DNA of 64,000 nucleotides. Source: an uncultured Candidatus Saccharibacteria bacterium (GTDB lineage: Bacteria > Patescibacteriota > Minisyncoccia > Phycocordibacterales > Zambryskibacteraceae). The DNA lies in contig CAZXQA010000001.1 of the NCBI GenBank assembly GCA_964642835.1, forward strand, positions 202,831 to 266,830. Direction: 5' to 3'. Below, in pieces: positions 57,526 through 64,000 of the stretch. Both the position numbers and the translations under genes were made by a program. Position 1 is the stretch's first letter. Every line of letters begins with the position of its first letter. The notes beneath the pieces were generated by a model. That model saw only the letters and a program-made list of their open reading frames with translations, did no database searches and was not told where the DNA came from.

Positions 57526-57610
57526 TTGAATTTCTCCTGTTTATGTTGGCGACAAGCCAAAATTGTCTCTATCACAATACTAGCATATCAAAATCTATTT
57601 GTCAATAGTG

Positions 57611-57682
57611 TGACCCTACGGGGAATCGAACCCCGGTTTCGACCTTGAGAAGGTCACGTCCTAGCCGCTAGACGATAGGGCC
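57611..57682 (-). tRNA. tRNA-Glu(CTC)
   Basis: GGCCCTA acceptor stem, anticodon loop TTCTCAA, GGTTCGATTCC. Confidence 0.96.
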
Positions 57683-57780
57683 CTAACCCAGACACTTTAC
57701 TATATATGGAGCCATTTTCAAGGCAAAGAACGACGTGGTTATTGTCTCAACACGCCAAAATATGGTATCGTTACAGCATC

Positions 57781-58164
57781 ATGAATACGAAAAATAAAGC
57801 ATATATCGCCGGAATCGTCATTATCATTGGTCTTGCCGTAGTACTCTGGAACAAAAGTGGTTCGAGCGAACAACCGCCGGAAGTGATCCTCTTCGACGGA
57901 CAAGCTGCTGCCAAGGCTCTTAAGAACAGCGACCGCAATGTCACCCCAAGTGAATATGTGAAGAGAAACATCACCGGTCTCTCCGGCGAAGCAGGTATTG
58001 TCGCTTCTCTTGGTGGCACCTTCCAGGTAACAAAGATTGAGGCTGCAAACGGCAAGGGCACTGTCTCCTACGAAGATGGTCACAACTCTTACAGTGCTGA
58101 ATTCGCCTACACTGTCGACAAGAAAGGTCTCGTCTCCATCACCGCCTTCACGGTTAAGAAGTAA
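57781..58164 (+). CDS. Membrane-anchored hypothetical protein (CPR-type)
   Basis: TM anchor; YVKRNI..LGGTFQVT..VSYEDGH. Confidence 0.75.
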   Translation: MNTKNKAYIAGIVIIIGLAVVLWNKSGSSEQPPEVILFDGQAAAKALKNSDRNVTPSEYVKRNITGLSGEAGIVASLGGTFQVTKIEAANGKGTVSYEDGHNSYSAEFAYTVDKKGLVSITAFTVKK

Positions 58165-58166
58165 GC

Positions 58167-58466
58167 ATGAAGAAGGGCGTTCTTAGCTTCCGCGACCAGG
58201 TGTACGCGGTGGTGAAGAAGATTCCTGCCGGAAAGGTTCTCACCTACAAACAAGTAGCGGCAAAGATTGGGAAACCAGGCGCCTCTCGCGCCGTGGGCAC
58301 CGTGCTCTCGAAGAATTATGATTCTACTGTGCCGTGCCACCGAGTTATTCGCTCGGATGGGAAAATTGGTAACTACAATAGGGGAGGTCAGTCGGGGAAG
58401 GTGAAGATTTTGAAAAAAGAAGGGTACCTGCCCACCCTCCCGCTGGTCGGGAGCAGGCGGGTTTGA
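58167..58466 (+). CDS. MGMT family O6-alkylguanine DNA alkyltransferase (C-terminal domain only)
   Basis: IPAGKVLTY, RAVG, PCHRV. Confidence 0.9.
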   Translation: MKKGVLSFRDQVYAVVKKIPAGKVLTYKQVAAKIGKPGASRAVGTVLSKNYDSTVPCHRVIRSDGKIGNYNRGGQSGKVKILKKEGYLPTLPLVGSRRV

Positions 58467-58507
58467 AATAGAGAAAGGGCAGCTACCGGTTCGGTAGCTG
58501 CCCTTAT

Positions 58508-58699
58508 TTAGTTGTCGTACCCGGCGGAGGCGCGCGCTGCGTCCTGCCGTGCCCGCGTCGCAGAGTCGAGTTCGTCGTACCGGAGCACCTTGTGTGCCGG
58601 CTCTCCGTATGGCGGAGGCACAGGTGGTCCGTCTTGGGCGGAACCGCTCTTCTTGCTCTTACCTGACTTACGGCGTCGACTTCGGTATTTGAAGGCCAT
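58508..58699 (-). CDS. Orphan basic 63-aa protein, SD-led
   Basis: TTGCCT-17-TAATGT (58781-58753), GGGAG SD, terminator 58474-58506. Confidence 0.6.
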   Translation of the reverse strand: MAFKYRSRRRKSGKSKKSGSAQDGPPVPPPYGEPAHKVLRYDELDSATRARQDAARASAGYDN

Positions 58700-58773
58700 C
58701 TGGCTCTCCCATCAATACTGGTTGCCGAGTGCGAGTGCTGGTTCTGACCCCCACATTAACACACAAACCCTCT

Positions 58774-59226
58774 TTAGGCAAAAAGGGTATCAATGACCTC
58801 TTTGACAAGCGTGCCATCGGCCTTGCCCTTGAGATCCTTCATGACGGCGCCCATGAACTGGTTCTTCTTGTCGGCTTCCGGTTTCTCGGCTTCCATCTTC
58901 GCCTTCACAAAGGCTTCAACCTCTTCCTTCGACATTTGAGCAGGCATGTAGGTCATGAGGACAGCGAGTTCCGCCTTCTCATCTTCGGCAAGCTCTGGAC
59001 GGCCCCCCTTCTCAAACTGCTCGATCGAGTCCTTGCGCTGCTTCACGGCACGAGAAATAACGGCGAGAGCCTCTTCGTCGGTGAGGACGTCGTCCGGCTT
59101 ACGACCCTTGGCAACCACTTCGTTGGTAAAGGAAGACATGAGACCGCGAATCACGGAAAGCTTGACGGCGTCCTTCGCCTTCATGGCTTCGATCATCTGG
59201 CCCTTAATATCGGTTTGGAGTGACAT
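58774..59226 (-). CDS. GatB/YqeY domain protein
   Basis: AMKAKD, KQRKDSIEQFEKGGR, YMPAQMS, MGAVMK..GKADG. Confidence 0.92.
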   Translation of the reverse strand: MSLQTDIKGQMIEAMKAKDAVKLSVIRGLMSSFTNEVVAKGRKPDDVLTDEEALAVISRAVKQRKDSIEQFEKGGRPELAEDEKAELAVLMTYMPAQMSKEEVEAFVKAKMEAEKPEADKKNQFMGAVMKDLKGKADGTLVKEVIDTLFA

Positions 59227-59236
59227 GTTGTTTATC

Positions 59237-59983
59237 TTACTTATTATCAATAAATTTGAAAGTCTTCATGAGTCGATCGAAATCGAAAAGGTCTTGCCTC
59301 AACGAAGACGCGTAATGCCCTTCGCGAACCCATGTGGTCAAATTGCCGTTGTATTGTTTTTCCGCTTCTAGGAGTTCAGGGGAGTGAGCAGTTAATCGAT
59401 AAATTAACCAACCTTGCACTACCACCTGCGGCCCATATACTTCATAATCCTGGACAACAGCAGAACCCAAAGCATTAAATAGATTAGGGTAATAAAACAC
59501 AGGATATCCCTGTTCCGTTTTAAAGGTTCCTTGACCATAGATGTTAAAATTTGGCACCACAGGATTTGGTGTGAAGAGGCTCTCTTTTCGTTCAGAGATT
59601 TTTGTTAGAAATTGCCCATCGACACAAATCTCCGGGGAGCTTTCATTGAAGCCCGTTAAACCAATATCGATATAATCAGGGCGAGCAGTAAAGTTCAGCA
59701 CGTCCGAGGGAGCGATGGCGGAAGGGAAATAGGTTTTATGTGAAAATTCGCTAGGCACGCATTCAGACAAATCAAGGTTCCGATGAACCAAAACTACGTC
59801 GCCCCAACTTGTCGGATATTCAAAGCTTACATTCAATTCGCTATTTACATAACTCTTCCATTCTGAAGTTATTTCGGTAGGCGGAACAAAATAAAATCGG
59901 TACCAAATTCCGGCTCCCACCACTGCAAGGAGTAATACTGACAATATAAATCGCGAAGCCTGGCCCATAGTTTGTATTGACAT
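59237..59983 (-). CDS. PsbP-like surface protein (CPR family)
   Basis: TM; WKSYVNSELNVSFEYP ... FDRLMKTFKF; low GC. Confidence 0.7.
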   Translation of the reverse strand: MSIQTMGQASRFILSVLLLAVVGAGIWYRFYFVPPTEITSEWKSYVNSELNVSFEYPTSWGDVVLVHRNLDLSECVPSEFSHKTYFPSAIAPSDVLNFTARPDYIDIGLTGFNESSPEICVDGQFLTKISERKESLFTPNPVVPNFNIYGQGTFKTEQGYPVFYYPNLFNALGSAVVQDYEVYGPQVVVQGWLIYRLTAHSPELLEAEKQYNGNLTTWVREGHYASSLRQDLFDFDRLMKTFKFIDNK

Positions 59984-60047
59984 ACATTCAGTATAGGGGC
60001 TGTATCGATAAAGTGCGAATTACTGAGTTTAAAGGAGAAACGGTATA

Positions 60048-61130
60048 ATGGAAGACATGAACTTCACCTTCATTATTTTATCTGCCGTGCTTCTTGTTAA
60101 TATATGGCTCGCTTGGAAGCTCGCCCAGAAAAAGGAAGAGAAGGGGAGCGGCGAGGGGATGAATCTCCTTCTCACTCAACTCAACAACCTCTCTCACACC
60201 CTGGACCACAAGCTTGGAGAGGGCAACAAGACGATGCACCAGTTCATGGACTCGCAGTCGAGTCAGGCGCAGAAGCTTATGAGCACAATCACAAAGCAAG
60301 TCTCCGACCAGCTCGTCGAAGTGGTGAAGGGGGTGACGGAAACGCGCGAATCGACCAAACAAGTCTTCACCATCGCGGAGCAGCTGCGGAATTTGGAAAA
60401 GGTCTTGAAGAACCAGAAACAGCGCGGCAACTTAGGGGAAGCCTCTCTCGAGCTCATCCTCTCAAACGTGCTCCCCGGCCAATACGAGAGTCAGTACATG
60501 TTCGCCGATGGTGAGAAGGTAGACTTCATCATTAAAACGCCTTCCGGCCTTGTCCCTGTCGACGCCAAATTCCCACTTGAGAACTATATGCGCCTCGTGG
60601 ATGAAGTCGATGATGAGCGCAAGGAAATGTATCGCAAAGAGTTTAAAAACGATGTGAAAAAGAGGATTGACGAAACCGCGAAGTACATCCGCCCGAACGA
60701 AGAGACCTTGCCGTACGCCTTCATGTTTATCCCGGCCGAAGGGATCTACTACGACCTCTTAAACAACGATGTCGGAGTGGGGGTGAACGCGAACGACCTC
60801 ATGAACTACGCCTACCAGCAGAAGAACGTCATCATCACCTCGCCCACAACCTTCTTGGCGTATCTCCAGACGGTCCTCTTCGGCAATAAGCAGGCGAAGA
60901 TCCAGGAGGAAGCGAAGGATATTATCAAAAAGATTGGCGAGCTCCAGCGACACCTTGTCGCATATGAAGAGTCCCACAACAAGCTCGGGAAGACCTTAGG
61001 CACGGCAGTAAACCACTTCAATGACTCGAGTAAAGCCTTTAAGCGTATCGACAAGGACATTGTGAAGATTACCGAGAAAACGACCGAGATTGAACCTCTC
61101 ACCCTAGACAAACCGAGTAGCGAAGTGTAG
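60048..61130 (+). CDS. rmuC: DNA recombination protein RmuC
   Basis: RGNLGE, VDAKFP, FIPAEGIY, SPTT; start 60048 or 60057. Confidence 0.93.
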   Translation: MEDMNFTFIILSAVLLVNIWLAWKLAQKKEEKGSGEGMNLLLTQLNNLSHTLDHKLGEGNKTMHQFMDSQSSQAQKLMSTITKQVSDQLVEVVKGVTETRESTKQVFTIAEQLRNLEKVLKNQKQRGNLGEASLELILSNVLPGQYESQYMFADGEKVDFIIKTPSGLVPVDAKFPLENYMRLVDEVDDERKEMYRKEFKNDVKKRIDETAKYIRPNEETLPYAFMFIPAEGIYYDLLNNDVGVGVNANDLMNYAYQQKNVIITSPTTFLAYLQTVLFGNKQAKIQEEAKDIIKKIGELQRHLVAYEESHNKLGKTLGTAVNHFNDSSKAFKRIDKDIVKITEKTTEIEPLTLDKPSSEV

Positions 61131-61157
61131 TGTTCTGCGCAGAAATGGAGGTGGCAC

Positions 61158-61499
61158 ATGAACGTACCGAGACTGTTTCCCCAAGAACACCACAGCGTGG
61201 ACGATGGACTAGCAAAGGACCTTGCCTCAATAACTAACTACAGTTGGGGTGAGCCCATGCTGGTAATCATCACGATGCACTCACCAAGTGAGGTGACTCA
61301 CTTAAAGGCTACGATGCATGCCGTCTATGTCCTGACAAAGGATGGTGAGGGCAAGGCTATCGTCGAAGGCATGGTGATCGGCAAAGAATACGGCGAGGGA
61401 GGCAGGGCTCTCATCGAGAAGTTCGTTGAGATGATTCGAAAAACCCACGGCCTCCGGATCAGAATCAGCTACATCACCAAGCACTACAGACTCGAGTAA
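61158..61499 (+). CDS. Orphan 113-aa protein, SD-led
   Basis: TAGACA-17-TAGTGT (61105-61133), GGAGGT SD, hairpin 61503-61530. Confidence 0.65.
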   Translation: MNVPRLFPQEHHSVDDGLAKDLASITNYSWGEPMLVIITMHSPSEVTHLKATMHAVYVLTKDGEGKAIVEGMVIGKEYGEGGRALIEKFVEMIRKTHGLRIRISYITKHYRLE

Positions 61500-61568
61500 C
61501 CTGCGGCGCGCCCACCCTGGGCGCGCCGCTATTGCTTTTTAAGCCTCAATATGTAAAATAATACCCCT

Positions 61569-61943
61569 ATGACTGAAGCAACCACGACCAAGAAACCAGC
61601 CCGCAAAACCGCCCCAAAGAGCGGCCTCTATGCCGTATTCACGACCGGTGGCAAGCAGTACCGCGTCCAGGCAGGCAGCAAGGTGAAGATTGAGATCCTC
61701 CAGGGCGAACACGAGGAAGGCGAGACCCTCACCTTCGACCAGGTCCTCATGACCGACAACGGTGGCACCGACGTTACCCTCGGCAAGCCTTACATCTCGG
61801 GTGCCGCTGTGACCGCAAAGATCGCAAAGATCGGCCGCTACAAGACCGTCGACGTTATCAAGTACCAGCCGAAGTCCCGCTACTTCAAGAAGCGTGGCCA
61901 CCGCCAGCCGTACTTCGAGATCGAAGTCACCTCCGTTAAATAA
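61569..61943 (+). CDS. rplU: 50S ribosomal protein L21
   Basis: TGGKQYRV, GHRQPY. Confidence 0.96.
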   Translation: MTEATTTKKPARKTAPKSGLYAVFTTGGKQYRVQAGSKVKIEILQGEHEEGETLTFDQVLMTDNGGTDVTLGKPYISGAAVTAKIAKIGRYKTVDVIKYQPKSRYFKKRGHRQPYFEIEVTSVK

Positions 61944-61996
61944 GAAAATATAGAAAAGGCCCAGACATCTGTCTGGGCCTTTTCTTTTACTGGAAG

Positions 61997-62599
61997 CTAG
62001 TGAGTGCGATTCTCTAACGCGCTCTTCAAGGTTTCTGGATCCGCGTATTCAAGCTCGGCACCCGTTGAAAGACCACGACCCAAGATAGAGAAAGTGAGGA
62101 GCCGACCTTTGAAATGCTCTTTAATAAACTCCGCCGTATGTTCACCGTCCTGATTCGCGTTCATGGCGAGGATGACTTCCGTGATGCGAGGTGAGGCATT
62201 GAGGCGCGCTTCGAGTTCGGCGAGGCGAATCCGTTTCTCCGGCTCCTTTTCTAAAATAGGCACCACGCCCCCTAAGACAAAGTAGCGTCCTTGGTACCCC
62301 CCGCTTCTCTCGAGAGCTTCGAGATCGACGTCACGAGGCACGAGCATGAGAAGAGTCTCATCGCGATGTTCGTCCGCGCACAAGCGACACAGAGCCTGCC
62401 CCGCACTCGCGGAAGGGAAGTAGCGGAAACATTCTCGACACTGGCTAATCTCCCGGCGGATACCGGCGATAGCGCGCGTCAGATCGTCGAGATACTGCTC
62501 GTTCTTATAGAGGAGGAAGTAGACAAAGCGCCGAGCTTGGCGAGGACCAATCCCGGGGAACTTAGAAAAGAGTTCCGTGAGCTTATCTAAAGAGTTCAT
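61997..62599 (-). CDS. recR: Recombination mediator RecR
   Basis: PGIGPRQARR HhH, C4 zinc finger, Toprim, LEYAD. Confidence 0.93.
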   Translation of the reverse strand: MNSLDKLTELFSKFPGIGPRQARRFVYFLLYKNEQYLDDLTRAIAGIRREISQCRECFRYFPSASAGQALCRLCADEHRDETLLMLVPRDVDLEALERSGGYQGRYFVLGGVVPILEKEPEKRIRLAELEARLNASPRITEVILAMNANQDGEHTAEFIKEHFKGRLLTFSILGRGLSTGAELEYADPETLKSALENRTH

Positions 62600-62620
62600 G
62601 TCGGTTCTCTAAGCTCTAAG

Positions 62621-64000
62621 CTAGAAGCTGTTAAAGTCTTCCTCGATCTTGCCGTAATTACTGTGATCGATTTCGATAAAGGTGTTGAAGCGGGAGTGAT
62701 AGTCGAGCGAGGCTGTGCCTAAAGGACCGTTGCGGTGCTTGGCGATGATGAGCTCTTTGCGTTGCACTTCGCGGACCTTGCCGGCCTCGTCGCGGATATC
62801 ACTGTCTTCCTGGTGAATAAACATCACCACGTCGGCGTCTTGCTCAATGGAACCGGAGTCACGAAGGTCGGAGAGCTTCGGCTTGCCGCCGCGTTGCTCG
62901 ATATTACGCGAGAGCTGAGAGAGCGCGATGACGGGAATGTTGAGCTCGCGGGCCAAGTGCTTCAAGCCGCGAGAGATCTCAGTGACTTGCTGCACGGTCG
63001 AGTCAGAAGCGCGAGCACTTGAAGGACTCATGAGCTGGAGGTAGTCGACGACGAGCATCTTTAAACCCTTTTCAATCTTCAACTTCCTCGCGGCGGAGCG
63101 CATCTTCATAATCGTGTTGCCCGGCTGATCGTCGATATAAATAGGAGTACGCGAGAGATCGTCGAGCGCATCGCGAATGTTCTTGAAGACGTCGTCGCGC
63201 CAGGTACCTGTCTGCGTACGCACACCCTTCCTGATCACGGAGGCATCGGTACGCGACTGGGCGGCCACGATACGGTCAACGAGCTGGTCGGCACTCATTT
63301 CGAGCGAGAAGATACCTACCGGAATCTTGTGCTCAGAGGCCGTGCGGCGTGCCACGTCGAGAGCAAAGGCCGTCTTACCGACGGAAGGCCTGGCGGCGAG
63401 GATGATGAGGTCTGAGGGCTGGAAGCCTCCCATGATGTCATCCAGGCACTTGAAGCCCGTCGGCACGCCGCGGAGCTCGTGCTCGGCGCTCGAGAGCTTC
63501 TCGAAGCGCTCGAAGGCGTCATGGAGAAGCGGCATAAGATCCTTGAAGCGCGCCGAGCCACCGTAGCGCTCGGTAATGTCGAAGATCTTCTTCTCCGCCT
63601 GGTCCAAGATTTCTTCGAGTTCGCCCGCTTCGTTGAAGCCCAAGTGCGAGAGATGTTCGGAAGCGCTAATGAGCTCGCGCATCATGAACTTCTTCATAAC
63701 GATATCCGCGTAGTGCTTGATGTTTGCCGAAGAAGGGACGGAGGAAGAGAGCTCGGTCAAGAAAGCGGCGCCGCCAATGCGCTCGAGCACTTCCTTTTCC
63801 TTCAGCCTCGTCGAGAGGGAGAGGAGGTCGATCGGCTGGTGCTTGCCGAAAAGTTCGAGCATTGCTTCAAAGACGATGCGATGCTTCTCGAAGTAGAAAG
63901 AGTGCGGACCAACGGTGTCGATGATCTCGTAGACCGCGTCCGGACGAAGCATGACGGAACCCAAGAGGGCCATCTCCGCCTCAAGCGAGTGCGGTGGGAT
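62621..64000 (-). CDS. dnaB: Replicative DNA helicase (start beyond window edge)
   Basis: PPHSLEAE, ARPSVGKT, DYLQL, LSQLSR, SGSIEQDAD, KHRNGP. Confidence 0.96.
   Translation of the reverse strand: MPPHSLEAEMALLGSVMLRPDAVYEIIDTVGPHSFYFEKHRIVFEAMLELFGKHQPIDLLSLSTRLKEKEVLERIGGAAFLTELSSSVPSSANIKHYADIVMKKFMMRELISASEHLSHLGFNEAGELEEILDQAEKKIFDITERYGGSARFKDLMPLLHDAFERFEKLSSAEHELRGVPTGFKCLDDIMGGFQPSDLIILAARPSVGKTAFALDVARRTASEHKIPVGIFSLEMSADQLVDRIVAAQSRTDASVIRKGVRTQTGTWRDDVFKNIRDALDDLSRTPIYIDDQPGNTIMKMRSAARKLKIEKGLKMLVVDYLQLMSPSSARASDSTVQQVTEISRGLKHLARELNIPVIALSQLSRNIEQRGGKPKLSDLRDSGSIEQDADVVMFIHQEDSDIRDEAGKVREVQRKELIIAKHRNGPLGTASLDYHSRFNTFIEIDHSNYGKIEEDFNSF

Overview
This 64 kb window looks like the chromosome of a Patescibacteria/CPR (Parcubacteria-like) bacterium using genetic code 11. 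The evidence is compact housekeeping genes, a split transketolase, a short EF-Ts, a single-chain PheRS and several CPR-type PsbP-like surface proteins. Core content: rnj, secG, groES/EL, lemA-htpX, a class Ic ribonucleotide reductase, a gap-rpiB-rpe-tkt-pfkB-fba sugar cluster, rplY, rpmE, prfA-prmC, rpsB-tsf, pheS, gyrB, mraZ-rsmH-ftsL-ftsI, rmuC, rplU, recR, partial dnaB and three tRNAs. The most striking pattern is two coexisting gene-expression grammars. Conserved genes lack Shine-Dalgarno (SD) sites and are often leaderless (-10 box 6-9 nt before ATG). About 13 dispersed orphan single-gene cassettes instead each carry a -35/16-18 nt/-10 promoter, an SD, often structured UTRs and a GC-rich terminator. 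One of these units holds a ~220-nt closed structured RNA plus an 11-aa SsrA-tag-like peptide, and a similar unit appears to be noncoding. Also present: a repeat-bounded array of surface-protein genes after tRNA-Ser, a repeated operator-like palindrome and a possible att remnant near tRNA-Glu. All calls were made by eye; no searches were run.
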